Positions 16,395 to 25,227 of a stretch of DNA of 51,608 nucleotides are shown one piece after another. Under the pieces are notes generated by a model. The model had not been told where the DNA came from. It was given only the letters and a program-made list of their open reading frames with translations, and ran no database searches. The translations under genes and the position numbers were made by a program. How positions within the stretch are numbered: the first letter of the stretch is position 1; the number at the start of each line of letters is the position of its first letter. Source of the stretch: a virus; IMG/VR virus record IMGVR_UViG_3300020215_000010; one strand, given 5' to 3'.

Positions 16395-16676
16395 TATACA
16401 CCGAGGCTTGCCCGGTGGGGGAATTACTCACCCGGCGATCAACCCGGATGCCTCCGAGCGGGAGGTTTTAGACGCCGATCACCTTGCGGTGAGAGCGGCT
16501 GACGAAAAGCACTGCGGAACGATCCGGCCGAACCTTTATCGCGTCCGGGTTCCCAAGGTTAAGGGCGATCCCCGGAAGGTGCCCACCCGACCTCGATGTA
16601 CGGTAAACCGCCATCCGTGTCGCGACGCGACCGCAGCACTCAAGATTCTAAACGAGACGCCCCGTAGCGACAAGGG

Positions 16677-17186
16677 TTACTTGCGAATCAGCGCGTCGGT
16701 TTTCTGGATGCTGCCGTAGCTCGATCCCGTCCAGAAGGCGATGACACCGCCGAGGGCTGCCAAGAGGGAGCCGGCGTACAGCATGGCCAGGTCTTTGTTC
16801 CCGGCCGGGATCGCATCCGTGAAGATATAGTAGCCCATGGCGCAATTCGCGATGACCACGGCGAGAGACACGGCAGCCGCGCCCCAGGCGAGCTTTGAGC
16901 CCTGCCCCGCCAGCGTCACCATCGTGCCCCGGGCGTTCTGGATATCCGCCAGTACCGCCCGCATGACTTCGGTGTGCTGTTCCTGAACCGCCTTCTGGAA
17001 TTCGATCAGCTTGTCCGGGTTGGCCTTCAGGGCTTCGATCAACTGGTCCTTGGGCGTGCCCGGCAGGACGGCGGAGGCGATATCGACAACCTTCTGCGCG
17101 TTCTCCTGCACCTTGGAGCCGCCGAACCAACCAGCCACTATCGGAGCCAGTTGCGCAAGGCCGAGGGCTATGGTGATGGGGTCCAT
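16677..17186 (-). CDS. holin (3-TM, GTA-holin-like)
   Basis: Hydrophobic N-terminus plus two C-terminal TM segments; directly after the endolysin; last gene of the late operon. Confidence 0.6.
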   Translation of the reverse strand: MDPITIALGLAQLAPIVAGWFGGSKVQENAQKVVDIASAVLPGTPKDQLIEALKANPDKLIEFQKAVQEQHTEVMRAVLADIQNARGTMVTLAGQGSKLAWGAAAVSLAVVIANCAMGYYIFTDAIPAGNKDLAMLYAGSLLAALGGVIAFWTGSSYGSIQKTDALIRK

Positions 17187-17191
17187 GCAAG

Positions 17192-17491
17192 CTATTCCTT
17201 CGGATCGTACTCAAGGTGGATGTGGGTGGCTTCAAGGATCACGTCGTAATTCCTTCCCAGCGTTGCCTTGATGGCGGCCACCACCGCGTCTTTCTTCTCG
17301 TCCGGTATGTGCTTCGAGCGGATGTCCACGGCGAATCCCTTGTAGTGCAGGGAGCCTTGCTTGTGCTTGCCGTCGAGGCAGGCCGTGAGGGTGAACTGTC
17401 CCGTCCCTTCCATCAGGTGATGGATCTTGGCGCAGGCTTCCAGTATCTCGGGCTGTACGCCGTTCATATCGACGCCGGGCTTGAGGTTCAT
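17192..17491 (-). CDS. endolysin, peptidase M15 (VanY-like zinc peptidase)
   Basis: SLHYKGFAVD (H-x6-D) and THIHLEYD (HxH) zinc ligands. Confidence 0.7.
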   Translation of the reverse strand: MNLKPGVDMNGVQPEILEACAKIHHLMEGTGQFTLTACLDGKHKQGSLHYKGFAVDIRSKHIPDEKKDAVVAAIKATLGRNYDVILEATHIHLEYDPKE

Positions 17492-17754
17492 CGATCCGTC
17501 ACCATCACGCCGGTCCGGGCATAGCCGGCGATGTCCTGCCACGAGTCCAGATGCGCCGGGTTCTCAATCAATCGGGATATCTTGACCGCGATGCTGTCGA
17601 GCGCCTCCCTCGCTTCTGGGTGCGGGCACTCGGCAATGATGGCCTTGAGCTTCTGGATGCGGGCGAAGTTGGCCGAGGGGTGGCCGTAGTCCTCCCCCCT
17701 CACCCGCACGAGGTCCTGAACGGCAGCGTCGAATTTGGCTAGGCGTTCGCTCAT
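17488..17754 (-). CDS. DUF6378-like protein
   Basis: VRVRGEDYGHPSANFARIQKL pattern; ATGA-coupled at both ends. Confidence 0.5.
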   Translation of the reverse strand: MSERLAKFDAAVQDLVRVRGEDYGHPSANFARIQKLKAIIAECPHPEAREALDSIAVKISRLIENPAHLDSWQDIAGYARTGVMVTDR

Positions 17755-18131
17755 GCGTAGACCCTGACGATGTTGTCGGGCACGATGCCGGGCGTCATAT
17801 GGATGATCGGCTTGCCCCATTTCTTGAACCAGCCGATTTCCTGCGTGACGCCGTGGCTGGTGTCCCAGCCCTCCAGCAGCAGGACGAGCAGCACATCGGA
17901 GCGGGCGGCCAGAGCCTCATCGACCCTTAGCCACAGTTCGTAGTCCCTGCGGTTGACCGGCGTATCGTGCGCGTGGGCAATCGGGCAGAACACGTTGAGT
18001 CCGGCTGAGAGAAGCAGCCCGTGGTTGGCGCGGGCCAGCCTTGCGGCTTCGTCCAGTCCGCCGGGGAACTTACTGTACGGGCTGGCGAGATAGAGGAGCG
18101 GTTTCACGTTATCGGCCTTACCTTTCGCCAT
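17751..18131 (-). CDS. DUF1937 / nucleoside 2-deoxyribosyltransferase-like protein
   Basis: LYLASPYS...VFCPIAHAH...LLLEGWDTSHGVTQEI. Confidence 0.55.
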   Translation of the reverse strand: MAKGKADNVKPLLYLASPYSKFPGGLDEAARLARANHGLLLSAGLNVFCPIAHAHDTPVNRRDYELWLRVDEALAARSDVLLVLLLEGWDTSHGVTQEIGWFKKWGKPIIHMTPGIVPDNIVRVYA

Positions 18132-18575
18132 TTACGATGGCGCTTCACGGATTGAGATTGCCTTGACGCTGCCGCCACAGCCCTCGTCGCAAAGGATGGC
18201 GATCTCAACCGCTCGTCTGGCGTCGGCGCCCATGTGCATTGCGGCGGTCGCAGCGACGGCACCGGAGCCGATGGCATAGAACTCGTCCTCAATGGGGACG
18301 GATATCCGCTCGTCCTCCCACTCTTCGAGCTTGCCGTCCGGGGAGAGGACGAGGGCATGGAAGCGCTCGCGGTCCTTCTCGGCAAAGGTCGGGCGGTCGC
18401 CCTCGTTTTCGAGGAACCGCTTGAACAGGTAGAAGTTCGTCGGGTTGCCGGCGAAGCCGCAGATACGGCCATCCGATAGCTGGAATACCTTGGTCCCGTA
18501 TGACTTCAACCCACGGTCCCCGGTGAACAGAGTGTCGGCAGCGAGGATGCCGGCGCGGTAGGCAATGATGGTCAT
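18132..18575 (-). CDS. HslV / proteasome-beta-like Ntn peptidase
   Basis: Met-Thr start (MTIIAYRAGILAADT), GFAG, YAIGSGAVAATAAM align with the HslV TTIV..., GFAGG, AIGSGG blocks. Confidence 0.6.
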   Translation of the reverse strand: MTIIAYRAGILAADTLFTGDRGLKSYGTKVFQLSDGRICGFAGNPTNFYLFKRFLENEGDRPTFAEKDRERFHALVLSPDGKLEEWEDERISVPIEDEFYAIGSGAVAATAAMHMGADARRAVEIAILCDEGCGGSVKAISIREAPS

Positions 18576-19612
18576 GCTTTGGCCCGCTTGCGCCGAAAGC
18601 GCAGGTAGTCCACCGCCTCGTCCATGTCGGCAAAGCACTGGACGAATCCCGCCATGCTCTTGGCCTCGGGATCGATGATTGCGGTGATCGCCGCGCCTTC
18701 CTGCTGACCGGCGTGCCCCAGCTTCTCCGCGTGATCGTCGATGAACTTGTAGCCGCGCGAGCGGATGAGCCAGTAGACGAAGCCCTTGGACGCGGACTCC
18801 TCCTGATGCACCGCCCAGTTATGGGTGTGCCCGGCCGCATAGATATCCGCCGCGTCCTTGGTGTGTGCGGCTTTCTGGGGGCCGTGAAGGGTGTTCCACA
18901 TCGAGTGGCCGGCGAAGTTGTGCGCGGCCCAGACCCGGCACTCCCTCCCCTTGGGAAACACCAATCTGAACTGGGCCTGCCAGTCGTGCATCGGGACGAC
19001 ATGCCCGGCCATCGCCTCAAGGATGGCGGCGCCGTCGTTCCAGTCATCGTGGTTGCCGAAGAGGTTGGCGAGCCAGGTCACACCGCTATCGAGAAGCAGC
19101 CACTTGGCGAGCTTGCGGGCGGAGGACTGCGAGGTGTCAGACTTTGCCGCCAGCCGAAGGAGCCGGCCCATCCAGTTGTCCGTGGTGTCACCGATGTTGA
19201 CCGCGAACAGGGCGTCGTTCTTCCGGTGCAGGTCGCAATGATGATCGAGCAGCGGCCAGTTGCAGCCGTTGTTATCGACGTGCGGGTCTCCGAAGAACGA
19301 GACGCCGATGGGCCCCGCGACGTTGACCTTGATCGGGAACCATTTGCGGGCAGTGGCGTGGGCTTCCCGTTTGACGAACCTCTTCTTGTTGATCTCGATC
19401 AGGTCGCGGACAGGTAGATCGTCCTCGGGGAACTCCGGCAGGGTGATGGGTTTGAGCGAGTCCTTTCGCGCCAGCGCGTTCACCAGCCGGCTACAGAAGG
19501 TCTTGCGGTTGAGGCCGAGGAGCTTTGCCGCCTCCGTCTTGTTCCCCTCGCAAGCCTCCAGTGCGTCGATTGCTTTCCTACAGTCATCGTCAGATAGGGC
19601 GGCCTGGGTCAT
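18572..19612 (-). CDS. Fis-type HTH fused to a calcineurin-like metallophosphoesterase
   Basis: GNKTEAAKLLGLNRKTFCSRL HTH; GDPHVD, GDTTDN, GNHDD, GHTH phosphoesterase motifs. Confidence 0.7.
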   Translation of the reverse strand: MTQAALSDDDCRKAIDALEACEGNKTEAAKLLGLNRKTFCSRLVNALARKDSLKPITLPEFPEDDLPVRDLIEINKKRFVKREAHATARKWFPIKVNVAGPIGVSFFGDPHVDNNGCNWPLLDHHCDLHRKNDALFAVNIGDTTDNWMGRLLRLAAKSDTSQSSARKLAKWLLLDSGVTWLANLFGNHDDWNDGAAILEAMAGHVVPMHDWQAQFRLVFPKGRECRVWAAHNFAGHSMWNTLHGPQKAAHTKDAADIYAAGHTHNWAVHQEESASKGFVYWLIRSRGYKFIDDHAEKLGHAGQQEGAAITAIIDPEAKSMAGFVQCFADMDEAVDYLRFRRKRAKA

Positions 19613-19870
19613 CTACTCGCCCCCTCGTCCGCCCTGCCGTCTTTGCTCGGCCGCGACGAGGAAGCGGACTTGGGCTCTCAGTTCCGCGATGTCCGCCGCG
19701 AAGCCTTCCATGCGATCCAGCCGCCGCTCGATCTGGGCCACGGCGGATTTCTGGCCGCCGTTTGCCTCGGCCACCGCGTAGGCCGCTGTCAGGATGGCGA
19801 GGACGACGCCCACCGCCTGCCAGTTGATCTTGCCGTTGCCGTTACGGCGCTCGTTGCTGGGGTCGCTCAC
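19613..19870 (-). CDS. N-terminal TM plus coiled-coil protein (i-spanin-like architecture)
   Basis: WQAVGVVLAILTAAYAV TM then heptad-like region; GTGA-coupled start 19870. Confidence 0.45.
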   Translation of the reverse strand: MSDPSNERRNGNGKINWQAVGVVLAILTAAYAVAEANGGQKSAVAQIERRLDRMEGFAADIAELRAQVRFLVAAEQRRQGGRGGE

Positions 19871-20256
19871 GACGGCTGCCCCGGCCCGCGCTTGAGCTTC
19901 TGATAGTCTTTCTGCGCCCAGCCCTGCGTTGTGACCACGCATCCTTCGTTCGAGACGATCACCATCACGACATCGGGGAAATGCGGGGAGAAAAACGTGG
20001 TGATCAGGTCAGCCGTTTCGTTCGTCGGGGGCGGTTCCTCGTTCCACGCCTCCATAAATCTGGTGGCTGCTTCGCCGGTCAAGGTCTCGGCGATCTGAAC
20101 GTCGGGCGCGGACATTTGTATGCGCGCGACTTGGATTGCGAGTGGAAAACAGCCCTGGCTGTGACCCGGCGCACTTCCGAGAAGCAGCGGAATCAGGCAG
20201 GCTATATAGGCCGATGTACGTCGGTAGGCGGGGGATCTGAGCGCGCGTAGGATCAT
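19867..20256 (-). CDS. secreted/periplasmic protein
   Basis: ATG 20256; signal-like YIACLIPLLLGSAPGHS. Confidence 0.45.
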   Translation of the reverse strand: MILRALRSPAYRRTSAYIACLIPLLLGSAPGHSQGCFPLAIQVARIQMSAPDVQIAETLTGEAATRFMEAWNEEPPPTNETADLITTFFSPHFPDVVMVIVSNEGCVVTTQGWAQKDYQKLKRGPGQPS

Positions 20257-20277
20257 GCAGGTACACTCCTGTATTCG

Positions 20278-20297
20278 GCCGCGTCTGAACACGCGGC
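20278..20297 (-). promoter_or_regulatory. stem-loop GCCGCGT-N6-ACGCGGC after the fibre genes
   Basis: Perfect 7-bp stem, no U-run. Confidence 0.3.
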
Positions 20298-20308
20298 TGG
20301 CCCCGCCG

Positions 20309-20956
20309 TTAAGCCGGCCCCCAAGAAGCGGCAACGAGGCCCTGGTCGCTGGAGGCGCTGGGGTCGCACGAGATGGCTAGTCCGGTCTGTGTCGTGGCGA
20401 AGGCATCCGAGGCGCCCGTGTGGGTGTTGGCACCCTCAACCACCTCGTCATAGTTCTCGGTCACGCCGGCCCATGTGAAAGTTGAGCCGTTGGAATTGAA
20501 GGCTGCGGCGATGACCACGCCGCCGGCCGGGCAGTTGAGGCTTACGCTCAGCGGGTCGGAGCCGTCCGAATCCGCGGCCGTGGCATGGGCGGAGGATTCG
20601 GCGCCGTACACCGCCCAGACGCCGATGCCGCAGCGCAGGACGCCCGCCGACCACGTGACCACGATGTCTGCCGTGGTGCCGGATGGGACATCGATCTGGA
20701 ACAGGCGGATTTCGCCGCCGCCGTTGGTGACGCTGGCGATCTGCGTCGCGGCGTTGCCGCCCAGTGTGGCCGTGGCGTTGGCCGGGCCGTTGCTGGCATA
20801 GGCCGCGAAGACCACCTTGCGATTCGAGGCCGCCGTGCCGATGGCTTGGCCCGAGAAGGTGTAGACCGTGCCGTTGGTCGCATCGACGGACGAGTCGGTG
20901 AAGGTGACCGTCGCGGGAGCGCCGCCGGCTGCCGAGAAGAATTGCCAGCGCCTCAT
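20309..20956 (-). CDS. tail fibre-associated / receptor-binding candidate
   Basis: 215 aa, Ser/Thr/Ala/Gly-rich beta-type composition; ATGA-coupled to the fibre gene. Confidence 0.5.
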   Translation of the reverse strand: MRRWQFFSAAGGAPATVTFTDSSVDATNGTVYTFSGQAIGTAASNRKVVFAAYASNGPANATATLGGNAATQIASVTNGGGEIRLFQIDVPSGTTADIVVTWSAGVLRCGIGVWAVYGAESSAHATAADSDGSDPLSVSLNCPAGGVVIAAAFNSNGSTFTWAGVTENYDEVVEGANTHTGASDAFATTQTGLAISCDPSASSDQGLVAASWGPA

Positions 20957-21627
20957 GTGCGGGTGGTCTTGATGGTGAACCAGAAATCCGCCGCCGAGGT
21001 CAGGCCGGTGGGGATGAGGACAACCCGGGCAGAGGTTGCCACCGAATTGCCGCCGGTCGCCGCCGCCGAATTGGAGCTGCCGGCCGAAACGCCGACCGCG
21101 GCGAGGCCGGAGACGTCTACCCCGTCCACCTTGACCGCCACGGTCCCGGTCCCGGCGGACGCTTTGATGACCAGCGAGTTGATCTGGTAGGAGAACGGTG
21201 CCGCCTGATCCAGGACATAGGACTTGCCCGAGGTCGGGGATTCGATGTGCCCGGTGATCGCCTCCGTGAGGCCGTTGAAGACCGAAGCGGTGACCACCGC
21301 CTGGAACACCGTGCGTCCGAACGCCCCTATCCCAAGCTTGTCCTGGGCCGAGGCCGTGTTGGTCGCGGTAAAGACGCTCTGCCCCACCGTCGATCCACCG
21401 AGGTTCCCCAGCGCCGAGGCGGTGGTGCCGGCTCCGATCAGGATCGCCCCGAGAGCCCCGAGTGTTCGGGTGGTGGCCGAGGCGGTGCTTTCCACCTCGA
21501 CAATCCCCGTGGCCCCCGCCGTGGGGATGAACACGCAGGAATCGATCCAGTCGGCGAACTGCTGTTGCGTCGGCTTGTCGCCGGATTCAAAGAAAGCCTG
21601 GATGGCGGATTTCGTGCGTATGGCCAT
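20953..21627 (-). CDS. tail fibre protein
   Basis: N-terminal FFESGDKPTQQQFADWIDS fibre-anchor motif; Gly/Ala/Thr-rich body. Confidence 0.6.
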   Translation of the reverse strand: MAIRTKSAIQAFFESGDKPTQQQFADWIDSCVFIPTAGATGIVEVESTASATTRTLGALGAILIGAGTTASALGNLGGSTVGQSVFTATNTASAQDKLGIGAFGRTVFQAVVTASVFNGLTEAITGHIESPTSGKSYVLDQAAPFSYQINSLVIKASAGTGTVAVKVDGVDVSGLAAVGVSAGSSNSAAATGGNSVATSARVVLIPTGLTSAADFWFTIKTTRT

Positions 21628-21630
21628 GAA

Positions 21631-21656
21631 TCAAAAGGGCGCCCGAAGGCGCCCTC
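21631..21656 (-). terminator. rho-independent terminator
   Basis: Minus strand GGGCGCC-TTCG-GGCGCCC followed by TTTTGATT. Confidence 0.7.
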
Positions 21657-21678
21657 TCCGTCTGTTATTCGGGCTCTG

Positions 21679-21801
21679 TTACTTCATCGCGCCGTTGTAG
21701 GTCGGCGACTTCTTCGAGCCCTTGAGGCCGCCGGAAACGGTCGGACCCTTGCCGCCGTTGCCGCCGCCCTGCTTGGTCTTCTGCGTCGGACGATAACCCA
21801 T
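21679..21801 (-). CDS. small basic Gly-rich peptide (40 aa)
   Basis: Below track cutoff; GGAGAAATAGC upstream of ATG; MGYRPTQKTKQGGGNGGKGPTVSGGLKGSKKSPTYNGAMK. Confidence 0.45.
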   Translation of the reverse strand: MGYRPTQKTKQGGGNGGKGPTVSGGLKGSKKSPTYNGAMK

Positions 21802-21802
21802 G

Positions 21803-23881
21803 CTATTTCTCCTGTGATTCACCGCCAAGATTGGCGATGTAGGTTTGCAGGCGTACTCGTGCGCGGTCGCCCTCCCGCGTCCTCAGATTGGCCAATAGGT
21901 CTTTGGCCAGTTGAGGATTCAATACGGCATCCCTGACCAGCTCGCCGAATTTCTCGTCAGAGCGTTCCGCAACCTCGAAAAGAAGCTGCCGACCAAGCCG
22001 CTTGAGGCTCAGAGGCTGTAGCTGACCAACCTGCCGTATCGGGGTTTCCGCCAGCCGCTTGGCAATCGAGTATTTCGCCATCGTGTCCGAGCCGGAGCCC
22101 AGCGGCTTCTGGGCCGTCTCAAGTCTCGCCACCAAGTTGCGGATCTGGTGCAGGCTCGCGACGTGCCCTTGCCCGTAGACCTCTTTCAGCAAGGACACAT
22201 TGCTCCCGATGAAGTTACCCAGGCGGAAGGCGGAGATTTTGTCGTTTGAGGAAGACTCGCGGACCAGCCGCTGGTTGAGGACGTTCTTCGCTGCTTCAAC
22301 GGCTTTCGATCTCTCCCCGGTCGCCTTGACGAGCTGTTTCCAGTCTTCGGGCTTGGCCGTCTTGCCGACGAAGAGTTTCGGCACGTCAACTTCCGCGACG
22401 TTGTAGCTTTTAGCGTATGACTCCGGCTTCTCGATAGCCTTGGCCACTGTCGGCGCGTCGGGATCCTCAAATCTGGAGACCGGCGGCGACATCTCCTTGA
22501 ACTTGGCCTGCGCGGCGGAGAAGCTGGGCTCCGCCTCAAGGGCATTGTCCAGATCGTCGCGGACACGCAAGAGCATCCGCTTGGTATTGCTGTCGTAGGC
22601 GTCGGGGCCTCGCTTGTCGATCAGGCGGTTGATCTCTTTGCGGGCGGCGTTGAGTCCCCGGGCCGAGGTATCGGGCTTGTCCCCCGCCATAAGGGCCTTG
22701 CGCGCCGCGTCCAAAGCGGCGGCGGCCTCGCCCTTCGCGCCCTTCGCAAGATCGTCGATGGACGCGAAGACGTTCGCGGTGTCGATCTCGGTGGGTGATT
22801 CCTCAGCCGCCCTGTAAAGGGGCGATACGGCTCTGGTTCTCTCAGAAACCACGCGGGCGTATCTGTCGGCGATATCCTGCCGGATGACCTGCCCCGCGCG
22901 GTCGGGGTCCAGATCTGTGGTCTGGTCGCCCCTGAGTCTGTCACGCACGGCGGCGCTTTGGGCGGCGTATCTGTCGGCAAACTGCCCCTGCTGCTGGGGT
23001 GCCCCCGTCTGGGCCATTGTGCGTTCGAGAGCGGCCAAGCCCTTGTCGTCGGCCGCCTGCGATAGGGTCGGGCGCACAGAGGGAAGCTTCTCGCCGAATT
23101 CTGACAGGCCGGCTTCCAGCCTGGGCTCCAGCTCACCCTGCGCGCTCGACTGCTCGCGCAGCATCTGGGCGGTTTTTTCCTCCCGGGCCTGCTGGCCGAC
23201 ACGGGGGCGGGCGACCTGTTTAAGCGCGGCGGCCGTACCGCCAGCCAACTGTCCGCCCGCTTCAGCAAGGTCACTTCCGGGAGCGACTTCGCGGGCGACC
23301 TGAGCGCCCGCCCCCGCCCCAACCGCGATTCCCAATTCATCGACAAGGAAGCGTCCCGGGTTCTCATATGCCTTGGCAAATAGCTGCTGGATGACGTTGC
23401 GGCTGCCGTCGAGACCGCGCGATACATAACGACCCGTAGCGGCAGCCGCACCACCGGGCACAGCCGTTGCGCCAAGCTCCTGCCCGATGCGGTTGGCGAA
23501 TCTCTGCGTAACGGTCTGCGGATCTATCCCGCCCGTCATGCCGAGCCGCTTGGCAAGATCGCTGAAGGCGCGAGACCCCGTCAAAAGATCGCCGATGTTG
23601 GCGACGCCTTGGTTGAAGCCCTCGACCCCGGTCCCGACGAGCCGGCCGATCTCTCTATCGGGCTGGGTCATCTGCTGCCACGGAACCGACTTCACAAAGT
23701 CTGTGGCGCGCTCGATGTGGCCCTTGGGCGGCCCCTCGATAGCAGGCTCGGCGGTGGTGCCGGCCTCGCCTGCCATACCGGGCACCAGTCCCCGGCGCCT
23801 TGCCTCTTCCAGCAGCGGGCGCTTGTCCGCCGGCAGGATGCCGCGCCGCTCCGCCTCCAGAATGAGGTCCAAGCTCGGCAT
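21803..23881 (-). CDS. internal virion / ejection protein (692 aa)
   Basis: Position after the nozzle gene as in T7 gp14-16; repeated RRG(I/L)(L/V)P N-terminus. Confidence 0.5.
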   Translation of the reverse strand: MPSLDLILEAERRGILPADKRPLLEEARRRGLVPGMAGEAGTTAEPAIEGPPKGHIERATDFVKSVPWQQMTQPDREIGRLVGTGVEGFNQGVANIGDLLTGSRAFSDLAKRLGMTGGIDPQTVTQRFANRIGQELGATAVPGGAAAATGRYVSRGLDGSRNVIQQLFAKAYENPGRFLVDELGIAVGAGAGAQVAREVAPGSDLAEAGGQLAGGTAAALKQVARPRVGQQAREEKTAQMLREQSSAQGELEPRLEAGLSEFGEKLPSVRPTLSQAADDKGLAALERTMAQTGAPQQQGQFADRYAAQSAAVRDRLRGDQTTDLDPDRAGQVIRQDIADRYARVVSERTRAVSPLYRAAEESPTEIDTANVFASIDDLAKGAKGEAAAALDAARKALMAGDKPDTSARGLNAARKEINRLIDKRGPDAYDSNTKRMLLRVRDDLDNALEAEPSFSAAQAKFKEMSPPVSRFEDPDAPTVAKAIEKPESYAKSYNVAEVDVPKLFVGKTAKPEDWKQLVKATGERSKAVEAAKNVLNQRLVRESSSNDKISAFRLGNFIGSNVSLLKEVYGQGHVASLHQIRNLVARLETAQKPLGSGSDTMAKYSIAKRLAETPIRQVGQLQPLSLKRLGRQLLFEVAERSDEKFGELVRDAVLNPQLAKDLLANLRTREGDRARVRLQTYIANLGGESQEK

Positions 23882-25227
23882 TACTGAGCCCCCAACTGGC
23901 GCAGCAATTCCTCGTCAGACATTTCTGCGGGCGGCTTGGGCTGGCTTGCGCCGGCCTTCCGCTCATAGATGACCGGCGCCTTGCTGTCGGGCGACCACGT
24001 CTTATAGAGAATGTCCAACTCCTTCTGGGCGTCGCCCTTCACGTCTTCCAGCACGGCCGCGAGTTGTCCCCGTGAGCCGGCGGCGCCGATGCGTTGCAGA
24101 GCGTCTTGCACGTCGCCCTTTGAGAGCGGACCGGGTCCGTTCTGGAGCCGAGCCACCACATAAGCCAGCTTGACGAGATTGGATTGAAACACGGCCGAGC
24201 CCTTGGCCATCTCGCCGAGACCGGAAAGGTTGTAGTTGGCGGGGTCGGCCAAGCCCCGGTCCACCTTGTAACCGTAAGTCTCCGAAACCTGGGCCAACTG
24301 ATCGACCATGTTGTCCAGCCCGCGTATGACGCGCCCGAACACCCCCGTGGACGGACTGCTGGCCAGTTGCTGCTGGATGCTGTTGGCGGTCTCGATAACC
24401 CGCCTGCCGGCAAGCTCGGTCTTCTTCAGATCCTCAACCACCTTGCCCTGCTGGTTCTTGGCCATGCCGCTCAGGTCGATCTTTATGGGGCCGTCTGGGG
24501 TGGGGATTTCAATGCTGCCGCCCGCCCCGCCAGCGCCCAACATTCTCTGAACGCGCTGCTGCTGCTCAGGCGTGCGCTGGCCTTCAGGAATGGCCGACAA
24601 GCGCTCGAATTCGCTTCCGCCAGAAGGGGGCGGCGACCCCGTAATCACCCCTTCCGAGAAGGCATCCGAGGCAAGCTGGCGGGCCATCTGGGCGGCATTG
24701 GCCAAAGTGATCTGGCCGTACCGCTGCTTGTTCTTGTCCATGTAGTTGAGGATGGCCAGCTTGTCGCGGGGCTGGGTGACGAACCGGGTCAGCTCTCCGT
24801 CGAATATCTTGGCCGGCTGGTTGCCCATCTCGACCATCAGCTTCAACTGGGACAGGGAGTTGTGCGATTCCTGGATATTCAGGCGCCTTTCGTCCCGCTG
24901 CGACGAACGCTCGCGGTCGAGCATGTTGTAGAGGTTGGAGGCGGAAGCGCGCTCGCTGGCCCGCAGCGTGTTCATCGCCTCGCCGTAGGTGGACTTGCCG
25001 CCTACCGCTCTGGCGATGGCTCTGGTCACCGTGTCGGAAGACGGCCGGTCGCTGGTCAGCAGCTTGGTGATCTTGTCCTTGTGCTGCATCAACTGGCCGG
25101 CGAAGTCGATGGGCTGGACCGGACCCCCGTTCGCCATGTCGGAGGCAGCCCCCGGCATGTTCCGCTTGAGCACTTCCGAGAGAACGATGGTGGTCGGGTC
25201 GCCATCGCCCGGAAACATCTCAGGCAT
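23881..25227 (-). CDS. internal virion protein (448 aa)
   Basis: Synteny; no enzymatic motif seen. Confidence 0.5.
   Translation of the reverse strand: MPEMFPGDGDPTTIVLSEVLKRNMPGAASDMANGGPVQPIDFAGQLMQHKDKITKLLTSDRPSSDTVTRAIARAVGGKSTYGEAMNTLRASERASASNLYNMLDRERSSQRDERRLNIQESHNSLSQLKLMVEMGNQPAKIFDGELTRFVTQPRDKLAILNYMDKNKQRYGQITLANAAQMARQLASDAFSEGVITGSPPPSGGSEFERLSAIPEGQRTPEQQQRVQRMLGAGGAGGSIEIPTPDGPIKIDLSGMAKNQQGKVVEDLKKTELAGRRVIETANSIQQQLASSPSTGVFGRVIRGLDNMVDQLAQVSETYGYKVDRGLADPANYNLSGLGEMAKGSAVFQSNLVKLAYVVARLQNGPGPLSKGDVQDALQRIGAAGSRGQLAAVLEDVKGDAQKELDILYKTWSPDSKAPVIYERKAGASQPKPPAEMSDEELLRQLGAQ

Noticed and set aside
16468-16614. 48-aa minus-strand ORF downstream of the holin (considered as a spanin)
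   Set aside because: No RBS, no signal peptide, lipobox or TM segment, and only moderate GC3.
16378-16719. 113-aa plus-strand ORF and 66-aa minus-strand ORF (16231..16431) in the convergence zone
   Set aside because: Poor codon bias, overlap with the holin end and terminator hairpin, and no RBS.
19867-20256. o-spanin lipoprotein partner for the TM/coiled-coil protein
   Set aside because: Candidate cysteines (YIAC, SQGC) do not fit an L-(A/S)-(G/A)-C lipobox, and the gene order is reversed relative to Rz/Rz1.
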